Under the pieces are notes generated by a model, which was not told the origin of the DNA, did not search any database, and saw only the letters and a program-made list of their open reading frames with translations. Of a stretch of DNA of 64,000 bases, positions 33,588-42,819 are shown one piece after another. Position 1 is the stretch's first letter. Each line of letters starts with the position of its first letter. Source of the DNA: a virus (taxonomy: Duplodnaviria > Caudoviricetes); IMG/VR virus record IMGVR_UViG_3300023175_000030, positions 935 to 64,934 of that record. One strand, 5' to 3'. Made by a program: the position numbers and the translations under genes.

Positions 33588-34055
33588 TTACTCTGCCAAG
33601 AATTTTTTCTTTTTATTCGGCAGTGTTTTAGAACCACCGATATCAATTCGGCGAGGTTTCTTTTCTTCTGGGATTACATGTTCTAATTCAATAACAAGCA
33701 ATCCATTCACTAATTCAGCACCCACTACAACAATATCGGCATTTAATGTAAAGGTTCTTTCAAAGTCCTTTCCAGAAATACCTCTATGTAGGAATGCAGA
33801 ATCATTTTGTTTTTCTTGGACAGAACCTTTTACTCGTAGAATACTTTCTTTTATTTCTACTTCAAGTTCGTCTTCCGAAAATCCAGAAACTGCGATTTCG
33901 ATACGATAGTTCGAATCTGTTTCTTTGATTACATTGTAGGGGGGATAGTTTTGCGTTGTTGATTGAGTCATTGCCTCAAGTTCATTAAACAATCTATCAA
34001 ACCCGACACTGTAACGCATAAATGGGTCTAAACTTCTTAATCTTGTACTAACCAT
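33588..34055 (-). CDS. hsp20: small heat-shock protein (IbpA/Hsp20)
   Basis: VGFDRLF, NYPPYN, EIAVSGF, LHRGI...F.R.F.L, NGLL, IPEEKKPR.I. Confidence 0.93.
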   Translation of the reverse strand: MVSTRLRSLDPFMRYSVGFDRLFNELEAMTQSTTQNYPPYNVIKETDSNYRIEIAVSGFSEDELEVEIKESILRVKGSVQEKQNDSAFLHRGISGKDFERTFTLNADIVVVGAELVNGLLVIELEHVIPEEKKPRRIDIGGSKTLPNKKKKFLAE

Positions 34056-34145
34056 GTTTTCCTCCTATATTTAGCAAGGTTTATGTACTGTCCCTTTCGG
34101 TAACATGTGGATTTTACTGCGATTGCACGATGGAACCCACGATCC
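34053..34145 (-). promoter_or_regulatory. ROSE-like RNA thermometer in hsp20 5'UTR
   Basis: Minus strand CCTTGCT-aaatat-AGGAGG-aaaac-ATG: UUGCU pairs with the SD leaving the G bulged; upstream GAAA-loop hairpin. Confidence 0.65.
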
Positions 34146-34160
34146 ATATACTATATATAA

Positions 34161-34535
34161 TCAATATATAATATTATTCAAGTCTGGTTGAAAAAAATTT
34201 GGGCCTTTTAGAACTTTTCCATCATCTCTATAGATGGGTTTACCATCAAGTCCTAGTTTAGACATATTGGAACGATGAACTTCATCGAAACATTTATCTA
34301 AGTCTATACCATAGGCATGTCCAGCGCCATAAACAACATACAACAGATCAGTTAATGCATCTGCTACTTCTACTAAATCGTTGTCTAGGATTGACGCCAC
34401 TCTAAGTTCTTGTAACTCTTCTTCAATCAACTCATTTCTTAAACTAACAATTTCTTTACTTGGAAATTTTGCCTTTTGTACAACTTCTTGTCCAAAGGTT
34501 TCCATAAACTGTTTTACTTTTTCAAAATTAGTCAT
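34161..34535 (-). CDS. MazG-like NTP pyrophosphohydrolase (PRA-PH family)
   Basis: LIEEELQEL, EVADALTDLLYVVYG, EVHRSNMSK, GKVLKGPN. Confidence 0.88.
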   Translation of the reverse strand: MTNFEKVKQFMETFGQEVVQKAKFPSKEIVSLRNELIEEELQELRVASILDNDLVEVADALTDLLYVVYGAGHAYGIDLDKCFDEVHRSNMSKLGLDGKPIYRDDGKVLKGPNFFQPDLNNIIY

Positions 34536-34555
34536 TAAGTAGTTCACCTTTCAAA

Positions 34556-34945
34556 TTATTTTTTTCTACCAATATTATACTTTGGTACTAACTCCCAATT
34601 ATCTTTCTCTTTATGAGAAATTATTTTAATTTGAGAAATAGGGGCACTTTCAAATTCGTCTGTCTTAACAACATTAATTAATCCCCACTCTTTCAATAGA
34701 TTTACAACTGTATTCCTTCTTGCCCTGTCATTGTCAGAAAAGTCTGATGATTTTCCATCAAGTTTAAACAACTCTTTGAAATGAACGATGTAATATTTTC
34801 CTTGTTTATGAAGAATATGGCAAGATTGATAAAGTTTTCTGTCTTTTTTTGATGCGACACCAATTCTAGTTAATGTCTCTCTAATTTTCAAGAAGTCTTC
34901 TTGATCACCAAGTGCAACTTCCACTAAAGTTTCTAGTACTGACAT
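34556..34945 (-). CDS. regA: translational repressor RegA
   Basis: DFLKIRETLTRIG, LYQSCHILHKQG.YYIVHFKELF.LDG. Confidence 0.95.
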   Translation of the reverse strand: MSVLETLVEVALGDQEDFLKIRETLTRIGVASKKDRKLYQSCHILHKQGKYYIVHFKELFKLDGKSSDFSDNDRARRNTVVNLLKEWGLINVVKTDEFESAPISQIKIISHKEKDNWELVPKYNIGRKK

Positions 34946-34947
34946 AA

Positions 34948-35334
34948 TTATCCGCCTTTATTCATTTGACTCTTTATTTCCTCTATTTGTTTTTTTGTTA
35001 GGATATTAAGAGCCTGTTCTGTTTTTTTATTATTATATCCATAATATTCTTTTACATAATCAAAGTCATTATGAATAGTTTTTTTATGCCAAGGTGAAAA
35101 CCTTTTCCTTGGACGTATACTATTTAGTAAATAATCGAATTGTAACTTATTATCAAGATTATGATATTTGTTCATTTCGTTGGCGTATAATATAGTATCT
35201 TGGAAATTAGAGTAGTTCTTGTTTACAAGGTAAGGTTGATAGTTTTTCTCCCATTGTTCATCATCACTATCCATCAACCTCTTTTTTGTATGAGAGATTG
35301 ATGGAATGTAATCTTTAAATAAATCGTAACTCAT
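34948..35334 (-). CDS. gp62: clamp loader small subunit gp62
   Basis: Synteny; ANEMN, QFDYLLNSIR.RKRF, VKEYYGY. Confidence 0.9.
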   Translation of the reverse strand: MSYDLFKDYIPSISHTKKRLMDSDDEQWEKNYQPYLVNKNYSNFQDTILYANEMNKYHNLDNKLQFDYLLNSIRPRKRFSPWHKKTIHNDFDYVKEYYGYNNKKTEQALNILTKKQIEEIKSQMNKGG

Positions 35335-36293
35335 TTCCAGTCACACTCTACCATTAGTTCAGTAAGACATGCAACTAAATTGATTTCCTGATCAGCTACA
35401 AAGGCAGACTTATACGAATAATCTGCAATTGTTACGACTGCCTGGGGTATGGAAGATGGTTCCATATGGTCATACAGTCCATCATAGATACTTCTAAACA
35501 AAGTATTAGGGTCATTGTCTAAATTTTGATTTACCCATCCACGCATTTCGGTAAACTTTTTATCTTTTAAGGCAGATACTAACTTACCAAGATTTATTTC
35601 TCCAACATCAGTGAGAAGGCCTTCGTCAATCTCACCACCTATAGAATATCTTTGCAACTCATTTAAAACTCTTCTCCAATCTGGAAAGTGTTTCATTACA
35701 AGTTGTTGAATGACTTTTTCTTTATACTTGATATTCTCACTATCAAGAATCTTAAGAACCCTAGTGTAAAAACCAGATGCAAGTTTTGGTTTGTCTTTTT
35801 TTGCAATCTTAAATTCTACTAGAGAGCACCGACTATGAAGTGGTTCGATGATACGATTTTTAAAATTACAAGTGAGAATAAATCTGCAATTGCCTGAGAA
35901 TTCTTCGATAAACCCACGCAAAGCAGGCTGAGTCGATTGCGGATTGAGATAATCTGCCTCATCTAAAATAATAACCTTTCCAAATTCTGCATTATCACTC
36001 GCACTAAAACTTACAGTTGATGCATAGTTTCTAATCTTGGTTCTAAGAGTGTCGATGTTTCCATCTTCTGAACCGTTCACTAATATATAGTCAACATTCA
36101 GTTCTTCGCATAATGCTCTAGCGACAGTTGTTTTACCAATACCAGGCCCTCCTGCAAGGAGTAGGTTAGGAAGACTACCGTTTTCTACGAACTCTTTGAA
36201 GGTCGCCTTTAGGTCGTCCGGCAATATGCATTCGTCAATGGTTTTAGGACGATATGACTCTACCCATAGATAATTTTCTGAACCCATCCTCAC
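35331..36293 (-). CDS. gp44: clamp loader large subunit gp44
   Basis: LWVE.YRP, GPGIGKTT, DEAD, PLHSRC. Confidence 0.95.
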   Translation of the reverse strand: MRMGSENYLWVESYRPKTIDECILPDDLKATFKEFVENGSLPNLLLAGGPGIGKTTVARALCEELNVDYILVNGSEDGNIDTLRTKIRNYASTVSFSASDNAEFGKVIILDEADYLNPQSTQPALRGFIEEFSGNCRFILTCNFKNRIIEPLHSRCSLVEFKIAKKDKPKLASGFYTRVLKILDSENIKYKEKVIQQLVMKHFPDWRRVLNELQRYSIGGEIDEGLLTDVGEINLGKLVSALKDKKFTEMRGWVNQNLDNDPNTLFRSIYDGLYDHMEPSSIPQAVVTIADYSYKSAFVADQEINLVACLTELMVECDWK

Positions 36294-36988
36294 TCTCCAT
36301 AAACAGAATCTTGTTCAAGTGTAATCCAATACTGAATAGGAAGTTTCTGATGGCGGAAAGTTGAGATTTTGTTCTTCGAAATACTTACAGAATAATCACC
36401 TTCGATAAGTTTCAAGTTCTCAGACTTGAAGAACATTCTAAAGTTTTTATCACTCTCGCCAACTGGTTCTTTTGCAACATTAGAGGTATCATCTTTCTTA
36501 TCCAATGCACACAAAAATACTTTTTCATCATCACCAGTTTCCAAAGAAAAATCTGGAAGTCCACTTATCGATGCCACTTTATTGATTGTCGAAAGTGTTG
36601 TATTAGGAATATTAACATCAATATCCCAAGTTGGAGATGGTTTAGAACCTGATGGATTGTTTTCCGAACCATCTAGTTCAAATGTATTTTCTGTATATAC
36701 AACAATAGATGGTTCTGCAGCATAGAACTTATAACTCTTTTCCCCATTGGTCATCATCACATACTTTTCGTGAAATTCAAGTTCTGGGTATACTGACAAT
36801 AGGTTTAAAAACTTTGTCAAATCATAGATACAAAAATCTACTGGAAAGTCTTCTGTTACATCTGCGGCTGCAAGGATATTTCGCATCACGGAAATAGTCG
36901 AAAGTCGATTACCTTTTTTAAGATAAATCGACTGATTAATAGTAGAATAATTTTTTAGAATATTCTGGGTTGTTTCACTCAATCTCAT
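36290..36988 (-). CDS. gp45: sliding clamp gp45
   Basis: MRLSETT..ILKNYSTINQSI, IYDL..FL; synteny. Confidence 0.92.
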   Translation of the reverse strand: MRLSETTQNILKNYSTINQSIYLKKGNRLSTISVMRNILAAADVTEDFPVDFCIYDLTKFLNLLSVYPELEFHEKYVMMTNGEKSYKFYAAEPSIVVYTENTFELDGSENNPSGSKPSPTWDIDVNIPNTTLSTINKVASISGLPDFSLETGDDEKVFLCALDKKDDTSNVAKEPVGESDKNFRMFFKSENLKLIEGDYSVSISKNKISTFRHQKLPIQYWITLEQDSVYGE

Positions 36989-37271
36989 TTATATTTTCTC
37001 CATAAGTTAAATCATGATTATGTAATGCCAGTAAACCATAGTGGATCACCTTCAATAGATCTTTTCTATGATCTTCTGGTGATCCCTTTTTACCATATCT
37101 TTGTGTATATTTCAATACATTTCCTAAACAAAATCCTTCGCCTAAACCATTATCCATAATGAATTCGGTCGATTGGAATCTGCCTTGCGAATAGTGTTGG
37201 TTGTATGTATTATCGATGTATGCCCGAATCTCTTCGAGCAATACATCTTCGTTGAACTTATAATCTATCAA
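36975..37271 (-). CDS. DUF3310-like protein
   Basis: HY....QSTEFI...G.GEGFCLGNVLKY..RYGKKG...DL.KV.HY. Confidence 0.8.
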   Translation of the reverse strand: MIDYKFNEDVLLEEIRAYIDNTYNQHYSQGRFQSTEFIMDNGLGEGFCLGNVLKYTQRYGKKGSPEDHRKDLLKVIHYGLLALHNHDLTYGENINEIE

Positions 37272-38410
37272 AATGGTTCCTCATTGAATAGTTCTTCATC
37301 ATTCGTTCCCATGTTTGTGACATCTTCACCACCGTTAATCTTGGTGAACAGGTCAACAAAGGATGACTTTGTATCTTCATCAAAACGATTTGTACAAAGT
37401 TCTACTGCCTTGAACACATCACCAAATATTGAATATGTCTCGACAATGTGGACTAGACGGCGAGTAGAAATGATTTCATCGATACCACCTTCTTCAAAGG
37501 TTCGGCGAATTGCGGAAGCCCAAGTGGTAAGGTCTTCGATGATTTTTGTTTCTTCAGAACCAACCTTACCAAAGGAAGTAAGATGGTTTGTAAGAATTTT
37601 CTTCTCTACCGATTGAGAAGGATACTCCTGTTCAAAGGTAACTTTGAATCGTTCCAAGAACGCCTCGTTCAGAACATTAGTACCGATGAACCGTCCATCA
37701 TCAGAACCTTTACCTTTTGTGTTTGCAGTTGCAATAACTGTAAACCCAGGCGCAGGACGAACCATGCGGTTATCTTTCTTTAGATAAACACCCTTACCAT
37801 CAATGATAGACTGGAGACACATAATCTTATTTGATGCAAGGTCAATTTCATCAAGAATAAGAACTGCACCTCGTTCCATTGCATCGACAACAGGGCCTTG
37901 TGAGAAGACTACATTACCATCAACAAGGGTTTTATCCCCCAACAAATCTGACTCATCAGTTTCGATAGTAATTGGAACTGTAATACACTCACGTTTCAGT
38001 TGAGCACAAAGTTGTTGCGAACCGTAGGTTTTACCGTTTCCAGAAAGTCCAGTAATGAAAACAGGATAAAAGATTTTTGATGAAAGAATCTTTTTCATGT
38101 CATTGTAGAATCCGAACTTAACAAAGTTTGGATCTTTTTCTGGAATCAATGATTCTGTATGACGTTCTGGCATTGACACCGCCGACTTTTTTGTTTTTGT
38201 AATAGGAACAACATTACCTGTAAGCATATTAAACACATTACTTACATTGTAGGAACCATGTCCTTGGCGGTTTTGTGTTTTACACAACCATTGGGGAGTT
38301 GCCTCACCAAACTCTTCTGCCTCGGCAAGAATGTCTTTTTTACGGACAACACTACCATACTTGGTTTGGAGTTTTGAAAGGAACTCTACCTTTTTGTCTT
38401 TATTCCACAT
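37268..38410 (-). CDS. cobS: MoxR/CobS-like AAA+ ATPase
   Basis: GLSGNGKT, LDEID, ATANTKGKG, NVLNEAFLERF, STRRLVH. Confidence 0.88.
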   Translation of the reverse strand: MWNKDKKVEFLSKLQTKYGSVVRKKDILAEAEEFGEATPQWLCKTQNRQGHGSYNVSNVFNMLTGNVVPITKTKKSAVSMPERHTESLIPEKDPNFVKFGFYNDMKKILSSKIFYPVFITGLSGNGKTYGSQQLCAQLKRECITVPITIETDESDLLGDKTLVDGNVVFSQGPVVDAMERGAVLILDEIDLASNKIMCLQSIIDGKGVYLKKDNRMVRPAPGFTVIATANTKGKGSDDGRFIGTNVLNEAFLERFKVTFEQEYPSQSVEKKILTNHLTSFGKVGSEETKIIEDLTTWASAIRRTFEEGGIDEIISTRRLVHIVETYSIFGDVFKAVELCTNRFDEDTKSSFVDLFTKINGGEDVTNMGTNDEELFNEEPF

Positions 38411-38457
38411 TATATATTCTCCACAGGGAAGGTTTCACAAATCATCATTACAAGTAC

Positions 38458-38486
38458 ATAATACCAAAAACTACTAGGGTTGTCAA
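38458..38486 (-). promoter_or_regulatory. sigma70-like promoter TTGACA-N17-TATTAT
   Basis: Consensus elements upstream of cobS-like gene. Confidence 0.7.
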
Positions 38487-38499
38487 TAGTTTTTGGCAA

Positions 38500-40761
38500 T
38501 TATTTCACCAGATCGACAAATTTATTTAGAAGTTGGCGACTGGTTTTTTTCTTGGATTGGAATTTTGCAAACTGTTTTGCAATTTTTGCATTAGTCATAT
38601 CATCACTAACTTCCAATTCATCTTCACTACCTTGGTTACGCATATCAAGAATGTAATATTCATCATATCCACACTTAGTAGCTGTCAAGAAACCATTTTT
38701 ACGAGACTCTTTTAGGTATTTTCCAGTATCACACCACACATTTCCTTTACCCATGTAATTATAGATAGCGGATTTTAAGTCCCGAAGGTTATTCACAACA
38801 TAAAACCCAATAGAAGAGGCATTATGTTTATTTTTCATATAATCCAAATATGCATCAGTTTGACTATGTTTTTTTGTGTCATACGAAAAGAATGTTCCTG
38901 TATTCTTGTCCTTTACAAAAACTGTACTGGAATTGAGAGTCCGGCGCCAAGAAAATCCTTTATGAGAAATCCACTTTTGTCCATCGGGGGTTTCATCAAC
39001 ATATTGGAAATGATCTCCTGCCTCACCATCTGTCAGAACTACAAAACTCATTTTCTGAACTGAGTTTTCTTTACGAAACTTACCTACTACTTTATCAAGA
39101 ATAATCAAAGAATCGTTAAGAGGAGTTCCACCCATGCGGTATTGATCCAGTTCATAAGTTATACCATAAATATGATATACATTTGCATATGCAAGATTGA
39201 TATATTGCCGACATGCTTCATAGAATTCAGACTTTTTCATTTTATGAGACAACATGCAATGAAGTTTTACATTTGGACTAAAAACATGTTCACCTACTTC
39301 TAGCGATTCCAAAATTTCATATTTGTCAACTTTAGAACGATTTTGATCACTGAAGTTGTAAACCTCAAAAGGAATTCCAACACGGCGGCAAAAAGTTGCA
39401 AGAATAATTGTTTGTTCTACCGTCTTAACCAACTGACGATGCATAGAACCTGACCAGTCAACAAGCATAACCATACCATGGTTTTTGCCTTCTGGAATGA
39501 CATTTTTCTTTTTAAAGATATCTTCATTCAACTGGAAACTCCAAAGTTTGTTGGAGTTGATATTACCAGACTTCGCAATATAACTTTTCGCATACTCATC
39601 TGCAGACTTCTTCATTTCAAATTCTTTTACAAGATAAGAAATTGTTTTGTTATGTTTTGCAAGAAGATTAGTATATGAGTTTGTCCAGTAGTTCTTCATT
39701 TTTTCAGTTGTAATCAAGCTCATATCCAACTTCTTCGCAAGATCATCACGCACTTCTGTCCACTGAATAATATAATCATTTGCATTGAATTTTGGGATAT
39801 CAAGATATGTGATAGACGCTTCATGATCTATCAATTCTTTAAGTGCATCTGCAAGGTCGGTTGCTGTCTGAGACACAAACTCATTATCATTAATTCCAGA
39901 ACCACCTTCTTTCCCACCAGTAGATGTTGTAGGTGTTTCTTCACTATCTGATGGTTCTATTTTATCACCACCGTTTGCAGAAACTTTTTCTTCTGAAGAA
40001 GATTTGGAATCATCATCATTTCCGTTTTCTGAATTTTTTTCCTGATCAGCATCACCATCACCATCAGTCTCTTCAATCTCTTCAGAACTGTCAGAAGAAA
40101 TATCAATACTTTGTGCATCTGGATTTTCTTCTTCATCGGATGGTGAAACAGAATTTTGCATTTGATTTTCTTTTTCTTCTTCTACTTTCTCAGAAATGAA
40201 GTTAAAGATTTTTTCTGCAACATCCGCAACTTCTGCAAATGTTTCAGTTTCTGCAACCATTTTTACATATGGAAGTTCTTCTGTAGTAAAGTAACCCTTT
40301 AGATCATACTGGTTCGAAGGGTACTTAAAGAACACATTGATTTTATCGATAAATGACATATTACCGAAATCGGATTGTTGAATTCCGAAAAAGTCTTTGT
40401 CATGAAGTTCATCATAACCTTTGAAGAAAGATGAACGCAAGCCAGGAAACTTTCGTTTCATCAATTTTTCAATTCGAGCATCTTCTACAACATTAACAAA
40501 CGCTTTGTTAGAACGTTTGATTGCATTTTCTAAAACACCTTCTTCTGAAGGAGTATATAAAGCATGTCCCACCTCATGTCCTACCAACAGGTCATAAAGT
40601 GTACCAGACATATCTTTCCAAAGAGGGAGGGCAAGAACACGATTTTTTACATCAAAGTAAGCAGTCTCAATATTCTTGTGTTGAACCGAAATGTCTTCTT
40701 CTGCCATTAGTTTAGCAAGAAGACTTTTCGAATTCTTTGTGAACATCACAACATCATTCAT
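38500..40761 (-). CDS. metallopeptidase-like + VWA (CobT-like) partner of MoxR ATPase
   Basis: HEVGH Zn motif, NVVEDARIE, acidic linker, MIDAS DWSGS...GGTPL...LTDG. Confidence 0.85.
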   Translation of the reverse strand: MNDVVMFTKNSKSLLAKLMAEEDISVQHKNIETAYFDVKNRVLALPLWKDMSGTLYDLLVGHEVGHALYTPSEEGVLENAIKRSNKAFVNVVEDARIEKLMKRKFPGLRSSFFKGYDELHDKDFFGIQQSDFGNMSFIDKINVFFKYPSNQYDLKGYFTTEELPYVKMVAETETFAEVADVAEKIFNFISEKVEEEKENQMQNSVSPSDEEENPDAQSIDISSDSSEEIEETDGDGDADQEKNSENGNDDDSKSSSEEKVSANGGDKIEPSDSEETPTTSTGGKEGGSGINDNEFVSQTATDLADALKELIDHEASITYLDIPKFNANDYIIQWTEVRDDLAKKLDMSLITTEKMKNYWTNSYTNLLAKHNKTISYLVKEFEMKKSADEYAKSYIAKSGNINSNKLWSFQLNEDIFKKKNVIPEGKNHGMVMLVDWSGSMHRQLVKTVEQTIILATFCRRVGIPFEVYNFSDQNRSKVDKYEILESLEVGEHVFSPNVKLHCMLSHKMKKSEFYEACRQYINLAYANVYHIYGITYELDQYRMGGTPLNDSLIILDKVVGKFRKENSVQKMSFVVLTDGEAGDHFQYVDETPDGQKWISHKGFSWRRTLNSSTVFVKDKNTGTFFSYDTKKHSQTDAYLDYMKNKHNASSIGFYVVNNLRDLKSAIYNYMGKGNVWCDTGKYLKESRKNGFLTATKCGYDEYYILDMRNQGSEDELEVSDDMTNAKIAKQFAKFQSKKKTSRQLLNKFVDLVK

Positions 40762-40798
40762 ATCAAAAATCCCATATAGAGAACCAAATCACTATATG

Positions 40799-40827
40799 AT
40801 GATCTCATATTACAGGGGGTTTGTCAA
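40799..40827 (-). promoter_or_regulatory. sigma70-like promoter TTGACA-N17-GATCAT
   Basis: Exact -35 with upstream A-tract; weaker -10. Confidence 0.5.
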
Positions 40828-40834
40828 GCACTTT

Positions 40835-42169
40835 TTAAAAAAAACTATCTAAACTTATCACTCTTTTATGTCGAAACATGTCGAAATCGTCCTTATCCTT
40901 TTGAAAACACCAGACATTTTCCATATAAATTTTATTCATAAAGGTATTCATTTTTTCTTTATCGAAGTTACCATCTTCATCAGAAAACACCGCCTTTCCT
41001 TGTGGCCTTTGCATAATTCGCATACCAACCTGTCCAGTAAACGAATCACTCAACATATCCACAAGTTCATCACCAGAACGATACCTTTTACCCTTAATCT
41101 TGGGATCCATGATGTTTATCAACATATGTCCACCACTTCTAAGAGAATCGAAGGTGTTTTGAGATACTGGTAAATAAAAATCATCTCTCCATGCTTCATA
41201 TTCATTAAATTTTGCCCAAGATTGATCTTCGGAATGTTCTCCACCTTCATTATATCTTTCTGTTGAAAAATATGGAGGCGAAGTAAATGCACAATCAATG
41301 TCACCAATATCATGCCAAGGCAGATTCTCTGCACCACAACGATAAAATACACAAGTTTTCTTATCACCATAAAGTGCGAAATAATCTTCTTTATCTACGA
41401 TTTTATAAGTGTTACCTATTAACTTAGAGTATTCTTGTGCCTGAATTTTATAATTCTTGAATGTGTTTGGATTTGGATCACAACCAATATAAAGTGTTGC
41501 ATTAGAACAAAAGAATCCTGCAAGTCTATCTCCCCAACCCATCGAAGTATCCAAAACTCTCTTTGCGGAAGTCATTTCATATATGCACTTTGCAACTAAC
41601 GGTTTAAACTGCGTAGCAATGTATGTACCGAGTCTAAACGCCATCATGTACTGTTTGTTAGTTAGTTCCCAACTATCGTTCACACCTCGCCATATGGGGC
41701 CTAGCACACCCCAAATGTTATCACCCTCGTTCCACCTATCTACTGGTGATTTATACCCATAGGAACCACAGGACATTCTTTCTTTGTTTTGGAAATAATC
41801 ACTCACTTCATTGAAAACGGATGGGGCATCAATCAATCCAATACCATATTCTTTAAAAGAATATTTGTAATCATCGTATTTTTCAATAACCTCTTTTTGT
41901 AAGTTTTCTACTGGAGAAATATAGTCCGAATAATCTGCAGACTTTAATTTTCTAAATTTAGAAACAAGTTCATCATATGAAAACTCTTTATATGGAAATA
42001 GAGGTTTTTCGGTTGTTATGTACTCTGCAACCGTTGATCTAAAAACATCACGACCATATTTTTCTGTCGCAATAGTAAACAGTGTACTATCCATAACAGG
42101 CAATCTATTTTCATTCGTAATGGTTTTTAAAAAATTATAAAGTTCTTTATTACTATCTGTCTTCATCAA
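40835..42169 (-). CDS. amino (N4-C/N6-A) DNA methyltransferase-like protein
   Basis: SAM motif VLDTSMGWGDRL, YIGCDPN, catalytic FTSPPY. Confidence 0.8.
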   Translation of the reverse strand: MMKTDSNKELYNFLKTITNENRLPVMDSTLFTIATEKYGRDVFRSTVAEYITTEKPLFPYKEFSYDELVSKFRKLKSADYSDYISPVENLQKEVIEKYDDYKYSFKEYGIGLIDAPSVFNEVSDYFQNKERMSCGSYGYKSPVDRWNEGDNIWGVLGPIWRGVNDSWELTNKQYMMAFRLGTYIATQFKPLVAKCIYEMTSAKRVLDTSMGWGDRLAGFFCSNATLYIGCDPNPNTFKNYKIQAQEYSKLIGNTYKIVDKEDYFALYGDKKTCVFYRCGAENLPWHDIGDIDCAFTSPPYFSTERYNEGGEHSEDQSWAKFNEYEAWRDDFYLPVSQNTFDSLRSGGHMLINIMDPKIKGKRYRSGDELVDMLSDSFTGQVGMRIMQRPQGKAVFSDEDGNFDKEKMNTFMNKIYMENVWCFQKDKDDFDMFRHKRVISLDSFF

Positions 42170-42819
42170 AAATGTCCAATCACTGTGTTGCGTTCGTCTG
42201 CAATTCTCTCAAGAGATAAAAGATATGTCTCTCGTAAAAGTTCCGAACCATAATATTGTCTATCACTTCTAATACATGCAACTGCAGTTGTGCCACTACC
42301 CATAAAAGGATCATAAACTATATCATTCTCTTTAGTATAATTCAAAATGCATCTTTTTGCAATAGATATTGGCATTCCATATGAATATTTTTTATATTTT
42401 TCACCATATCCATCGAACCATACATCTGGTTTAAATTCTTTTGACATGTATTGTTTCACTTTACCTTTACCAAAAGTCATTACATTACCGTATGTCAATC
42501 TATATAAATCAACTTTATCACTCTTAACCCATATCTTATGAGTCAGTAATTTATAACCCAAACAACTCATTGAGTGTTTCAGAATACTAGATTTGGGTAC
42601 AATAGTTCCATTGTATTTTCTGTCGGTAAAGGCAACAGTAAATGCATTACTTTTTGGTTTTGCAGCACTAAAAACTTCAATTAAAAAATCTTGATAAAGG
42701 TCTGGTTTAGATGGATCTATACCTATTTCTTCAAAATCTGGTGGACTTGTAAAAAGATAATCATATTCCAACTCACCAATCCATTCTTTGTAATCACCTA
42801 ATAATAATTTACTTGTCAT
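42166..42819 (-). CDS. beta-class N4/N6 DNA methyltransferase-like protein with atypical SPPD motif
   Basis: FTSPPDF precedes VYDPFMGSGTT...YYGSEL. Confidence 0.75.
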   Translation of the reverse strand: MTSKLLLGDYKEWIGELEYDYLFTSPPDFEEIGIDPSKPDLYQDFLIEVFSAAKPKSNAFTVAFTDRKYNGTIVPKSSILKHSMSCLGYKLLTHKIWVKSDKVDLYRLTYGNVMTFGKGKVKQYMSKEFKPDVWFDGYGEKYKKYSYGMPISIAKRCILNYTKENDIVYDPFMGSGTTAVACIRSDRQYYGSELLRETYLLSLERIADERNTVIGHF

